A stretch of DNA of 64,000 bases from Eledone cirrhosa (taxonomy: Eukaryota): NCBI GenBank assembly GCA_964016885.1, contig OZ024744.1, positions 27,404,001 to 27,468,000 of the forward strand, in the 5' to 3' direction. Of this stretch, positions 11,400 through 25,212 are shown in pieces. Within the stretch, counting starts at the first letter, position 1; each line of letters starts with the position of its first letter. Under the pieces are notes generated by a model. It was given only the letters and a program-made list of their open reading frames with translations. It had not been told where the DNA came from and did no database searches. The position numbers and the translations under genes were made by a program.

Positions 11400-14300
11400 C
11401 CTTCTGCCCCACCTACATGGGTAAAAAACCCCAGAGAATATGGATAACCACCATCACCCCAAACATAAACTACTGGTGGTTACTAACCGGTTTCCTCAAC
11501 TTAGACGAGGACAATCTCATTTCAATAGGGAAGGCATCCGGCGACGCGTTCAGTGGAACGCGTATCGAAGTTCTGACACAAATAAGGCCAGAACGTATCG
11601 CCCAAATCCCTGAGCGCGTCATGCTGGATGACCGTACCCACCTCAACATTATTGTGGAGGGTAGGCGTCCCTCCTGTTACCTCTGTGGCAATAGAGGTCA
11701 CCTGAGGGCTGCCTGTCCCCAGCTCACACAGAAAAAAACACTGCTACCAACACCAACACCACCCCAACAACAACAGCAACCACAACAACAACACCAAAAA
11801 CCAACAACACCACCACCACCACAACAACAACAACAAGCACGTAAAAAAATAACACAGAATACCGTCCCACCCAATCCCTCCCCACCCAAAACAAATACAA
11901 AAACACACACCGCAAACACTACCAGAAAACATACCCCTCCCACCCAACAAGGAAGACGAACCTCTTTCGTCGCAAGACGAAAAAGATCCCTTCCAAACAG
12001 TAAAAAGAAAGAAGAGGAGGCGCACCACAGACACACATGTTAACTTTAACCCCCCCCCCCCAAAGAGAACACAAACTACACACAAACCACCCCTCCCTGT
12101 CACACAACACTAACTGCTACACAAAAAAAGACCTTACAATATACATACATGAACACAGACAACAAAGAATTACGGAAAACAATTTCAGCAAACCCTTCGG
12201 TCCAAACTGAAGGGCCTAACTTTATAACTGCTGTGGGACTACCTCATTTAAAAATGAGTAAAGTCCCAATGAACTTTTATAAAACACTGGAAATAAATTT
12301 CACGGTGGACGTGCCCCCCCCCCCCCCCCCCCCCCTGCGCCAAACCAATCAAGCGCGTCCTCCTAAAAAATTTCCTCAATTTAGACGAGAACAACCTCAT
12401 TTCAATAGGGAAGGCATCCGGCGACGCGTTCAGTGGAACGAGTATCGAAGTTCTGACACAAATAAGGCCAGAACGTATCGCAGAGCGGTAAGTGCCTTTT
12501 CTCCTTACCACCAACATGGCTGTGCTAAGAGTAGGGTGTCTAAATGCGCGTGGCCTGGGCTCATCTTGGAAGCAAGCAATGCTTCTAAATGACCTCAGGT
12601 CACGATCTATAAATGTGATGGTTATCTGCGAGGCCCTGATCAGCAGCATGCGACAGCTAGCCCCCACCTTTGACAACTTCGAGATGCACACATCTCTCTG
12701 TCAGCCCGGAGGTGGGGGTGGGGTTGTCGTTCTGCTGCAAAAACATCTGGGTCTTGCCACACAGATAGTTCACTTGGAGCCAGGGGGTCGACTGGTGGTG
12801 CTGGACCTTGGCAGTGGTGAAGGTGGAGCCTTTAGGCTGGTAGCCGTATATGCCCGTTTTGGGACAGAGCGGGCCGACTTTTTCCAGCGTCTGGAGTCTT
12901 TTCTAGGGACGTCCCGTTCCCTGCTTTTACTGGGGGACTGGAATGGTATCCTGGATGCACTTTGGGACTATGCAGGGGCATGTCCCGATAGAGAGGGGTG
13001 CAACAGCCTCAAGGGGTTACTCGGCCGATTTGACCTGGCCAATAGAAATCGACTAGATTTTCCGACGGTGCCAACCTGGTCTTGCTCAAATCGCAGCGGA
13101 TCATCTAGGTCGTACCTAGATAGGTTTTTAGTTAGAAATAAGGACAGGGACATTTTAAGTTGTCCAGAAATGCTCATGGTTGGCTATTCAGACAAAAAGT
13201 TGGTGACCTGCATGGTCAACCTTGATAGAACGCATAGACAGGGCCCCGGTTACTGGAAGCTCAAATTGTCCTTGCCGGCAAGTAGAGCTTACAGGGATCG
13301 GATTAGTACGTTATTTAAGGAACGGTTGACTGGAGCGATCGTCAACAGCAGGTGGTGGGCATCTCTAAAGAGAGAGATTAGAGTAGTCTCGATAGAATTT
13401 AGTAAGGTTCTAGCTGCGGATAGGACTAAGAAGGAAATGGAGCTAATAGATAGAGTAGAAGAGGCAATTAGAAGCGGCGACGTGGCCAGAGTTACTAGCG
13501 TCGAGAACGGCTTTGAGCCAGTTTTTCGACGCGAAGCACGAGGGCTGCGTTGTCCGAAGTAAAATACGTGCTCTAGGGAACGAGGGGACCAAAGCTGTTA
13601 GCTGGGCCCGCGTGACAGAGGCCAACAGTGGAACTAAATCCACCATCTGGTCTTTGCGAGACCAGGATGGACGGGCGATTCTTGAGCTTAAGCAGATGTG
13701 TGGGGCCTTTCAAAGGCACTTTGCTCAACTGTTCGGAAGGGGCGGGGAGCCGGTTGGGGATGTGGACTTCGGTCCATACCTCAACGGCCTGCCGCGTCTC
13801 TCGGACAGGGAGGCGAAGTCCTGCGAGGAGCCGATTTCGGCCTCTGAGATAGAGGACGTGCTGAGCCAATGCGGCAAACGCAAATCCCCGGGTCTCGATG
13901 GTCTATCATACGAATTATATCTAGCTATGCCGGACTTGTTCCCCGATCTCCTCGAGGCGGTCTACTACAACAGGCAACAGAACGGGAGAATTCCCTGTAC
14001 TGTGACCAAGGGCGTAGTCACGCTAGTGAGGAAGGACGAGAACAAGGGGGACGAAATACGTAACTTCAGGCCCATAACTCCGCTAAATACAGAGTTACAG
14101 ATTTTGGCCAAGGTGCTAGCAAAGAGGTTGGCGCTTGTCGTGGGCAACCTGGTGGGAGATGCGCAGACATGTGCTATCCCGTCCAGATCCATCCATAACA
14201 ACCTCCACCTCATGCGATACATCATAGAGAGGGTTGGGAACGAACCCGGCTTTGGTGGGGCTCTGATCAACTTGGATCAATCTAAGGCGTTCGATAGGGT

Positions 14301-15803
14301 CGACCATGGTTACCTGGATGCGGTGCTAGCGGCGGCAGGCTTCGGACCCGTTTTCAGGGGCTGCATCACTGCTATGCACAGCAGCCGCATCTGCTCTAGG
14401 AAGCCGTTCAAAATCGCGCGGTCCACCCGACAAGGGTGCCCTCTCTGCTCCCTTCTGTATGTGTTGACACTCGAGCCACTACTGTGGAAGTTGGAGTTGT
14501 TGCAGGGCATCCCTTTGGAACCGGGATTGCGGAAAGCGGTGTCGGCCTACGCCGATGACGTGACAGTAATGGTGTGGACGGCCTCCGAAATCGGGGCGGT
14601 CGGCACCTTACTGGAGGAGTACGAAAGGTTCACAGGGGCTAAGCTGAACCGGGACAAGTCGATCGGTTTGCAACTCGGCACGTGGAGGGGCAGACCGATG
14701 CCCTCCGATGGCGTCGTCGGACGCTGGACGGAGGGCCCGGTGAAATTGCTCGGGGTCTGGTTCGGATCAGACCTCCAGGTGGAGAAGAACTGGGCGGAGG
14801 TTACGAACAGGGTGTTTGCACTGACCCAGAATTGGGCCAGTTGCAAACTATCCCTGAAACGTCGGGCGGCGGTGGCGAACACCTATATAGCGTCCGTCAT
14901 CTACAACCGCCTGACCGTAGTGCCTTGCCCAAGGGAAACCCTCGCCAAGATGGAGCGCGCGCTCTTCCAATTCCTTTGGAAAGGGCGGCCTCCCTTGGTG
15001 AGGATATCCATCTGCTGTCAACACCCTTCGAAAGGAGGGCTGGGGATGCCGTGGCTAATGATGCGTAAACACGCACTAAGGCTACGGCACCTCCAGGTAT
15101 TCCTCACCGGTCAACCTGGGCTTCGTTTGTGAGACGAACCTTTCCCAGACTCGTCTCACTCACCGAGCTGCAATCCTGGGTCAAGCAAAGACCGAGAAAA
15201 CTGGGCGCCTGGCACACTGAGTGTGCCCAGGCGCTCACCGCCCTCTAGCAGACGGATCCGGTTATCAGTGGAGACTCCACCGCAACATTCTATAGAGGTC
15301 AGGTACGCAGCAGGTGCGACGACGCCCTCGGAGAAGCCCTAGACATGGAGGAAGACGAACTGGCCAGCCTGTTCGGTAGGACATTCAGCCCGGGACCTAT
15401 GGATAACTTCCAGACGGAGCTCTACCCGTTTGAGAAAAGCTCTACAGACACGGGCGCCCGGAAGAAGGATCAGGATGGAGAGAGAGATGCTCAACCCCAG
15501 TCGTTTTTATGAAAGGTGGGTGAAAGTGGCGAGAATGGCCCGTGTGAATTGGCCTTCTCTCTTCATCAGTCTGTAGGTGAAAAAGAGGAAGGAACGATGG
15601 AGCACCCTCTCTCTGTGCTCCTGAGGAGAAGGGAATGCACACTTTTTTCGGGGGTGTGTGCGACCCCCCAAACGCTCCCTACCTATTGAGGACTTTATTG
15701 TTAATTTTATATTTGTTATTTGTTTTAATTACTCGCCTTTTGCGTAAACTCTCCCCTTGTATTTGTCCCCTTCTTTTGCGCCCTAGTGGCAATAAATAGA
15801 AAT
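11400..15803 (+). mobile_element. Tx1-like retrotransposon copy 3 (partial ORF1, disrupted ORF2)
   Basis: ORF1 part with VEGRRPSCYLCGNRGHLRAAC. ORF2 from ATG 12516 (CLNARG, GDWN, YLDR, DQSKAFD, YADD), with frameshifts near 13500 and 15120 and a deletion near 15460 removing the CCHC. Ends AATAAAtagaaatc. Confidence 0.92.
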
Positions 15804-18800
15804 CTATCTTCTATCTTCTGTCTTCTATCTCCTATCTTCTATCTTCTATCTTCTATCTTCTGTCTTCTATATTATGTCTTCTATCTTCTATCTTCTGTCT
15901 TCTATCTCCTATCTTCTATCTTCTCTCTTCTGTCTTCTATCTTCTATCTTCTGTCTTCTATATTCTGTCTTATATCTTCTATCTTCTATCTTCTGTCTTC
16001 TATCTTCTATCTTCTCTCTTCTATCTTCTGTCTTCTATATTCTGTCTTCTGTCTTCTATTTTCTATCTTCTGTCTTCTATCTTCTGTCTTCTATCTTCTA
16101 TCTTCTGTCTTCTGTTTTCTGTGTTCTGTCTTCTCTCTTCTGTCTTCTATCTTCTATCTTCTGTCTTCTATATTCTGTCTTCTATCTTCTATCTTCTATC
16201 TTCTGTCTTCTATCTTCTATCTTCTCTCTTCTATCTTCTGTCTTCTATATTCTGTCTTCTGTCTTCTATTTTCTATCTTCCGTCTTCTATCTTCTGTCTT
16301 CTATCTTCTATCTTCTGTCTTCTGTTTTCTGTGTTCTGTCTTCTATCTTCTGTCTTCTATCTTCTATCTTCTGTCTTCTATCTTCTGTCTTCTATCTTCT
16401 ATCTTCTGTCTTCTATCTTCTATCTTCTATCTTCTATCGTCTGTGTTCTGTCTTCTATCACTGTCTTCTATCTTCTATTTTCTGTCTTCTATCTCCTATC
16501 TTCTATCTTCTCTCTTCTGTCTTCTATCTTCTATCTTCTGTCTTCTATATTCTGTCTTCTGTCTTCTATCTTCTATCTTCTGTCTTCTATCTTCTGTCTT
16601 CTGTCTTCTATCTCCTATCTTCTATCTTCTCTCTTCTGTCTTCTATCTTCTATCTTCTGTCTTCTATATTCTGTCTTCTGTCTTCTATCTTCTATCTTCT
16701 GTCTTCTATTTTCTATCTTCTGTCTTCTATCTTCTATCTTCTATCTTCTGTGTTCTGTCTTCTATCTTCTGTCTTCTATCTTCTATCTTCTGTCTTCTAT
16801 CTTCTATCTTCTATCTTCTCTCTTCTGTCTTCTATCTTCTATCTTCTGTCTTCTATATTCTGTCTTCTGTCTTCTATCTTCTCTCTTCTGTCTTCTGTCT
16901 TCTATCTTCTGTCTTCTATATTCTGTCTTCTGTCTTCTATCTTCTCTCTTCTGTCTTCTATCTTCTATCTTCTGTCTTCTATCTTCTATCTTCTGTCTTC
17001 TATCTTCTGTCTTCTATCTTCTGTCATCTAATATCTTCTATCTTCTATCTTCTGTCTTCTATCTTCTGCCTTCTACCTTCTGTCTTCTATCTTCTGTCTT
17101 CTATCTTCTATCTTCTATCTTCTGTCTTCTATCTTCTGTCTTCTATCTTCTGTCTTCTGTCTTCTATCTTCTATCTTCTGTCTTCTATCTTCTATCTTCT
17201 GTCTTCTATCTCCTATCTTCTCTCTTCTCTCTTCTGTCTTCTGTCTTCTATCTTCTCTCTTCTGTTTTCTATCTTCTATCTTCTGTCTTCTATCTTCTGT
17301 CTTCTATCTTCTGTCATCTAATATCTTCTATCTTCTATCTTCTGTCTTCTATCTTCTGTCTTCTATCTTCTGTCTTCTATCTTCTGTCTTCTATCTACTA
17401 TCTTCTATCTTCTGTCTTCTATCTTCTGTCTTCTATCTTCTGTCTTCTATCTTCTGTCTTCTATCTTCTGTCTTCTATCTTCTATCTTCTATCTTCTGTC
17501 TTCTATCTTCTATCTTCTGTCTTCTATCTCCTATCTTCTCTCTTCTCTCTTCTGTCTTCTATCTTTTATCTTCTATCTTCTGTCTTCTATATTCTGTCTT
17601 CTGTCTTCTATCTTCTATCTTCTGTCTTCTATTTTCTATCTTCTGTCTTCTGTCATCTATCTTCTGTCTTCTATCTTCTATCTTCTGTCTTCTATCTCCT
17701 ATCTTCTATCTTCTCTCTTCTATCTTCTTTCTTCTGTCTTCTATCTTCTGTCTTCTGTTTTCTGTCTTCTATTTTCTATCTTCCGTCTTCTATCTTCTAT
17801 CTTCTATCTTCTGTCTTCTATCTTCTGTCTTCTATCTTCTGTTTTCTATCTTCTGTCTTCTATCTTCTATCTTCTGTCTTCTGTCTTCTATATTCTGTCT
17901 TCTGTCTTCTGTCTTCTATCTTCTATCTTCTGTCTTCTATCTTCTGTCTTCTATCTTCTATCTTCTATCTTCTGTCTTCTGTCTTCTATATTCTGTCTTC
18001 TGTCTTCTATCTTCTATCTTCTGTCTTCTGTCTTCTCTCTTCTCTCTTCTGTCTTCTATCTTCTGTCTGCTATCTTCTGTCTTCTATCTTCTGTCTTCTA
18101 TCTTCTGTCTTCTATCTTCTGTCATCTAATATCTTCTATCTTCTATCTTCTGTCTTCTATCTTCTGTCTTCTATCTTCTGTCTTCTATCTTCTGTCTTCT
18201 ATCTACTATCTTCTATCTTCTGTCTTCTATCTTCTGTCTTCTATCTTCTGTCTTCTATCTTCTGTCTTCTATCTTCTGTCTTCTATCTTCTATCTTCTAT
18301 CTTCTGTCTTCTATCTTCTATCTTCTGTCTTCTATCTCCTATCTTCTCTCTTCTCTCTTCTGTCTTCTATCTTTTATCTTCTATCTTCTGTCTTCTATAT
18401 TCTGTCTTCTGTCTTCTATCTTCTATCTTCTGTCTTCTATTTTCTATCTTCTGTCTTCTGTCATCTATCTTCTGTCTTCTATCTTCTATCTTCTGTCTTC
18501 TATCTCCTATCTTCTATCTTCTCTCTTCTATCTTCTTTCTTCTGTCTTCTATCTTCTGTCTTCTGTTTTCTGTCTTCTATTTTCTATCTTCCGTCTTCTA
18601 TCTTCTATCTTCTATCTTCTGTCTTCTATCTTCTGTCTTCTATCTTCTGTTTTCTATCTTCTGTCTTCTATCTTCTATCTTCTGTCTTCTGTCTTCTATA
18701 TTCTGTCTTCTGTCTTCTGTCTTCTATCTTCTATCTTCTGTCTTCTATCTTCTGTCTTCTATCTTCTATCTTCTATCTTCTGTCTTCTGTCTTCTATATT

Positions 18801-19293
18801 CTGTCTTCTGTCTTCTATCTTCTATCTTCTGTCTTCTGTCTTCTCTCTTCTCTCTTCTGTCTTCTATCTTCTGTCTGCTATCTTCTGTCTTCTATCTTCT
18901 GTCTACTATCTTCTGTCTTCTATCTTCTATCTTCTATCTGCTGTCTTCTATCTTCTATCTTCTATCTTCTGTCTTCTGTCTTCTATCTTCTATCTTCTGT
19001 CTTCTATCTTCTGTCTTCTATCTTCTATCTTCTATCTTCTGTCTTCTATCTTCTATCTTCTGTCTTCTGTCTTCTATATTCTGTCTTCTGTCTTCTATCT
19101 TCTATCTTCTATCTTCTGTCTTCTGTCTTCTCTCTTCTGTCTTCTATCTTCTGTCTTCTATCTTCTGTCTTCTATCTTCTATCTTCTATCTTCTATCTTC
19201 TATCTTCTGTTTTCTATCTTCTATCTTCTGTCTTCTATCTTCTATCTTCTGTCTTCTATCTTCTGTCTTCTATCTTCTGTCTTCTATCTTCTA
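15804..19293. repeat. 7-bp tandem array (TATCTTC/TGTCTTC)n, ~500 units
   Basis: Direct reading; two main variants interspersed; pyrimidine-rich + strand. Confidence 0.97.
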
Positions 19294-21960
19294 GATTAGT
19301 CTCGATAGGTTTTAGTAAAGAAATAAGATATTTCTAATATTGGATAGAAATAAGACCGAAAACGAACTGGTAGATAAAGTAGAAGAGGCACTTAGGAGTG
19401 GCAACGTAGCCAGATTGCTAGCGACGAGAACGGCCTTGGACCAGTTCTTCGACGCAAAGCATGAAGGTTGCGTTGTCAGAAGCAAAATACGTGCCCTGGG
19501 AAACGAGGGAGTCAAAGCTGTTAGCTGGGCCCGAGTGACAGAGGCGAAAAGTGGCAACAAGTCCACGATTCGATCTTTGAAGGACCAAGACGGACGCGTC
19601 ACGTGAGCCGAAGCAAATGTGCGCGGTCTTTCCCCGGCACTCTGCTCAACTGTTCGGGCAGGGCGGCGCGCTGGCAGGGCTATGGATTTCGTTCCATACC
19701 TCGACGGCCTACCGCGACTCTCGGACAGCGAGACGAAGTTGTGCGAAAGGCCGATTTCGGCCGCTGAGATAGGGGACGCGCTGAGCCAATCCGGCAAACG
19801 CAAATCTCCAGGTCTCGACGGTCTACCCTACGAACTTTACGTAGCAATGCCGGACTTGTTCTCCGGTCTCTTGGAAGCGGTCTACTGCAACTGGCAGCAG
19901 AACGGGAGAATTACCAGTTCTGTGACCAAGGGCGTAGTCACGTTAGTCAGGAAGGACGAGAATAAGGGGGATGACATAGGCAACTTCCGGCTTATAACTC
20001 TGCTTAACACAGAGTTACAGATTTTGGCCAAGGTGTTGGCAAAGAGGCTGGCGCTTGTCATCGAAAACCTGGTGGGAGAAGCACAGACATGAGCGATCCC
20101 GACCAGGTCCATACACGACAACCTCCAGCTCATGCGATACATCATAGAGAGGGTAGGGTGTACACCCGGCTTCGGTGGGACTTTGATCAACTTGGATCAG
20201 TCTAAGGCTTTCGATAGGGTTGACCATCGTTACCTGGATGCGGTGCTCGAGGCGGCAGGGGCTGGATTTCTGCAATGCACAGCAGCAACATCTGTTAAAG
20301 GGTCAAGGTGAACGGCTACCTCTCGGAGCCGTACCAAATCACGCGATCCATCTGACAGGGATGCCCTCTCTCCTCCCTTCTGTACGTACTGACTCTCGAG
20401 CCACTACTACGGAAGTTGGAGCTATTGCAGGGCATCCCTTTGGGACCGGGACTGCGAAAAGCGGCGTCTGCCTACAGTAATTGTGTAGAGCACCTCGCAA
20501 ATCGGGAAGATCGGCAGCTTACTGGAGGAATACGAAAGGTTCACAGTAGTGAAGCTGAACCGGGACAAATCCGTTGGTTTGCAACTCGGAACGTAGAGAA
20601 GCAAACCGATGCCTTCCGATGGCGTCGTCGGACGCTGGAGGGAAGGACCGGTAAAGCTGTTCGGGGTCTGGTTTGGTCCGGACCTCCGGGTGGAAAAGAA
20701 CTGGAAAGAGGTGACGGCCAAGGTGTTTGCACTCACCCAGAAGTGGGCCGAGTGCAAACTATCCTTGAAAGGTCGAGCGGAGGTGGCGAACACTTTTATA
20801 GCGTCCGTCATCTACTACCGCTTGACCGTCGTGCCTTGTACAGCCACAACGCTCGCCAAAATGGAGCGCGCGCTCTTCCAATTCCTTTGGAAGAAACGGG
20901 CTCCTTTGGTGAAAGATCCATCTGCTGCCAACACCCTTCAAACGGAGGGCTGGGGATGCCGTGGCTGACGATGCGCAAAACGGGCTCAGGCTGCGGCACC
21001 TCCACGTATTCCTCACCAGACAACAAGTGTGGGCCCCGTTCATGAGGCGAGCCTTCCCACGACTCGTCACGCTGACCGAGCTGCAGTCCTGGGTCAAGCA
21101 AAGACCGAGGAAAATGGGCCACTGGCACATCGAATGTGCTCAGGCGCTCACAGTTTTCTGGCAAACGAACCCGGCGATCAGTGGAGACTCCATTTCAACA
21201 TTCTATAGAGGGTTGGCCCGCAGCAAGTGCGACGACACGCTTGGAGAAACTCTAGGCGTAGAGGAGGACGAACTGGCCAGTCTGTTTGGTAGGACCTTCC
21301 GCCCGGGACCAATAGACAACTTCCAAAAGTCCCTGGCCTGACAGTGCTACCGAGGAGCTCTACCAGTTCGAGACAAGCTCTACAGATACGTGCGTCCGAG
21401 TAGAGACCCTTCGAAAAATATTTGTCCGAGATGTGTGCGCGACGAGGAAACCGTCGCGCACGCATTTGTACACTGCCCGGGCGTTACCGACCTGTGGGGC
21501 TATGTGGAACGACTATTGCCGCGGGTGGGACCAATCCAGTTGACCACCGAGTCCATTATCATGATCAAACCGCCACCCTCCTTCAAAAACGAGGGAGAGG
21601 CGGTTTTACTATGTGTTATGGCTATGGTGAAAGAGGTTACATGGTGGACGAGGTTAAAAGGGCTGAGGTCAGACACCTTTCTCTCTGGAGAACAACTGAT
21701 TCGTTTTCTCAAATATCATTTTGGAAGAAGAATCAGGATGGAGAGAGAGGTGCTGTACCCCAGCACATTTTATAAAAGGTGACAAAGATGGCCCGAGTGG
21801 TTGGGCTTTCTCTATATATAAGCCTGTAGGTTGAAGAAAAAGAGGAAGAGAGGAAGGGAGTACTCTCTCCTCGTGCCCCTGGAGATGTGGGTTGTACATT
21901 TTTTCAGGGTGTGGACAACCCCTGTGTAACACTTCACCTCCTTGTGGCTGATAAAAATAT
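19294..21960 (+). mobile_element. Tx1-like retrotransposon copy 4, 5'-truncated and degraded
   Basis: Begins in the post-EN linker (DRNKTENELVDKVEEAL); RT motifs and CPRCVRDEETVAHAFVHC; several stops and frameshifts; closest to copy 3. Confidence 0.92.
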
Positions 21961-22255
21961 GTATCTTCTGCCTTCTGTTTTCTATCTTCTGTCTTCTCTC
22001 TTCTATCTTCTATCTCCTGTCTTCTATCTTCTGTCTTATGGTTCTATCTTCTGTCTTCTGTCGTCTATCTTCTGTCTTCTGTCTTCTTCCTTCTGTCTTC
22101 TATCATCTGTTTTTATATATTCTGTCTTCTGTCTTCTGTCTTCTATCTTCTGTTTTCAGTCTTCTGTCTTCTGTCTTCTGTCTCCTTTTGTCTTTTACCT
22201 CCTTTTCTCTTCTCTGTTCTGTCTTCTGTCACTCTTCTCTCTTCTGTATTCTATA
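21961..22255. repeat. Degenerate (TRTCTTC)n array after copy 4
   Basis: Same 7-mer as 15804-19293, more decayed. Confidence 0.9.
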
Positions 22256-22839
22256 TCGTCAGTGATAGGAACTGGTATGTAGATTTATCAATCACATGAA
22301 TCTATTCATTCTATTGATTTCAAAAGGTGTTTACCCTCCTATCAAGTTAAATTTTCCTCCACTTTATTCCATTAAAAGGCACTACCTTGTCGAAGCTATT
22401 TTCAAAGAAAAACTAACAATAACATTGACAAGAGATTTTTCTTACAAATGAACTCTCATTTTGTTCAGTTTGATTCTCCTATTGATTTTTGTCATTGATT
22501 CGGTATTGATTATGCTGGAGCTTTTTGTATTCTTAAAACCTTTCTTGTGTTCCACTTTCACAGACAAAATCCTAAAGAATCCTATTATCACCAATAATCA
22601 TACATTAAAGTTGTATAGGTGTGTCATTCGCCCAGTTACATGTATATTTACAGCTTACCCTTAATTTAAATCATTTTATAAAGAAACAGCTAACACTTTA
22701 TATCTAAATGGTTACTAACAGAACATTTTGTTCTTCTTCGACAATATACCTTCTTTCAATCTACTTCAACTTCGATTTTTCGGGGGAGGAGGGCGGATTA
22801 TGTTTTTGTTTTTATTTTTTTCTTAATCTTTCGTATTTG

Positions 22840-22840
22840 T

Positions 22841-22898
<58 letters not shown>

Positions 22899-23087
22899 AT
22901 ATACATACATATACATATTTGTACATATACACACACTCACACGCACACATATATATCTATATATACACATATATATGTATGTACATATATATATTTACAT
23001 ATATATATATTATACATATGTATATTATATATATATTCATATATAAATATATATATATACATATATGCATACACACATGTATGTACG

Positions 23088-23128
<41 letters not shown>

Positions 23129-23367
23129 CCATTAACAACGTATTGATGACAAATATATATTTGGAAATGAAGTCGACATTAGTCTATACTCCATCTTTTG
23201 TTATAATATTAAAATAAATGTATAGAAGAAGAAGAAGAAGAAGAAGAAGAAGAAGAAGAAGAAGAAGAAGAAGAAGAATGGGGGAGGGAGCGAAGAAAAT
23301 TCAGCGAAAGAGTACAAGAACAAAATATAAAGACAAAAACTAACGGAGTCAGCAAATGTTAAGAGGT

Positions 23368-23459
<92 letters not shown>

Positions 23460-23460
23460 T
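22840..23460. repeat. Microsatellite cluster (TA, TG, GAA, GA)
   Basis: (GAA)n at 23224-23278 and (GA)n at 23371-23459, plus TA/TG runs. Confidence 0.9.
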
Positions 23461-23683
23461 GGTTGAACTGTCAGTAAAAGATATAAAATACATATTATGT
23501 GACTATGAAGAGAAAGAGAAGCAAGAAGTAAAGAAAGAGAGGGGAGAGGAAGATTTAGAGAGCGAGAGAGAGACTTCTAGAAATTCATACTCACTTCCAG
23601 ACAGACACATACATAAAGCGATATATATATATGTGTGTGTGTATGTGCACGCGCGTTTGTGTATATATATGTGTGTATCTATG

Positions 23684-23716
<33 letters not shown>

Positions 23717-24157
23717 CTATATGTATATATATATATTTGTATAGAGGACCTATATATACGTGTGTGTGTGTGTACACATAATAGATAATAGAAATGCTTT
23801 TTTTTTTTGTCGTACATCTTAATGTTATTACTTTGTCCATTATACGTATTTTAAAGATGCAAGGGTAGTTATATAAAAAAAAACCCTTAGCATGTTCTCA
23901 TCAGATGGAGTGAGATGTATTTTTCTATTGATATTGATACTGGTTTAACGTGCTGTCCAGTACTCATATAAATAATTTTGCTATCATAGCAGTTCTATAT
24001 GAAGTGGGAGACAGTATTGTTGCTGGTGTTAGTGATTGTAAGAAAGCTATGGTATCAAATTACCAGAGGGATCATTTATTTCCTAGAATGGCTTGCAAAC
24101 ACAGTTGAATTGTTTTTGTATTTCTGTGATGAGTGTGACTTTAACCACGAATATGAA

Positions 24158-24795
24158 AATAATTGTTTCTACTTTTGGCACAAGGCCAACAATTACCCCG
24201 GTGCATTACTGGTACTTTATTTTATTGACCCCGTAAGGATGAAAGACAAAACTTACCCCGGCGGGATTTGAAATCAGAATGTAAAGGGCCATAACTCAAT
24301 GCTGCAAAGCATGGTGTCCGACACTCTACCGATACTGCCAATCCACCGAAAATAATTGTTTCTACTTTAGGCACAAAGCCAGCAATTACCCAGTGCATAC
24401 TTTATTTTATCGACCCCGTAAGAATGAAAGGCAAAGTCAACCTTGGCGATTGGAGAGTTGTTATTTGTGTTGATTACCAAGATACAGTTGTTTTATTCTA
24501 TATCTAAAAGGTATTAGGTGACTCAAATGCCCCATAGAAATGCATTAAGGTGACAACATCATATTTTCTTATGCCTTTATCCAAAATATATAAAAATGGT
24601 TTCTGATTCAGGCACAAGGCCAACAACTTAAATTGACCACAATGCGTTACTGGTACTTTATTCCATCGTCCCCATAAAATTGAAGGTAAAGCTAACCTTG
24701 GCGGTATTTGAACATACAATATAAAGGAACTTAACTCTATGTCCCAGAACATGCTGTCCGACGCTCTGTCGATACTGCCAATCCACCGCCCTCTG
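24158..24795 (-). mobile_element. Three adjacent copies/fragments of a tRNA-derived SINE (family S1)
   Basis: Repeated ggcacaaggcc...actggtactttattttatcgaccccgtaaggatgaaaggcaaagtcaacc...gatttgaa(c)tc; B-box-like GTTCAAATC on the - strand. The core resembles a conserved Meta-type SINE domain (from memory). Confidence 0.8.
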
Positions 24796-24849
24796 AAATA
24801 TCAGTAATATTATAAAAGCCATGTGTATTTCTCAGTCACACACTAGAGA

Positions 24850-25015
24850 TGACTAACGAAAGGAAGGGGTGATAGCGTCGACTAAGGGGGGAAGGGGTGT
24901 TGACGTTGACTGAGGAAGGAAGGGGTGATGACGTCGACTGAGGAAGGAAGGTGTGATGACGTCGACTGAGGAAGGAAGGGTGATTACGTCGACTTACGAA
25001 GGAAGGGGTGATGAC
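24850..25015. repeat. ~27-28 bp minisatellite (gacgtcgactgaggaaggaaggggtgat), ~6 units
   Basis: Direct reading. Confidence 0.85.
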
Positions 25016-25149
25016 AACTACAGAAAGCAGCAGCTAATATTCACTACACCTGTATGTGTATATGTATAGTGAATTGGCTACACACATTGGCTGTTGTGAT
25101 TATGTGAGTGTTTGTGTGTGTTTATTTAGAAAGATACATAGACAGTAGA

Positions 25150-25212
<63 letters not shown>

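Noticed and set aside
15786-19294. ORFs of 385-1057 aa (LLSSIFY repeats)
   Set aside because: Translation of a stop-free 7-mer array, open in several frames; no protein signal.
22260-22660. Short motifs (KGVYP, GIDYAGAF, HSIDFK) hinting at polB, integrase or GIY-YIG remnants
   Set aside because: Scattered across frames with stops and mutually inconsistent; needs a translated search.
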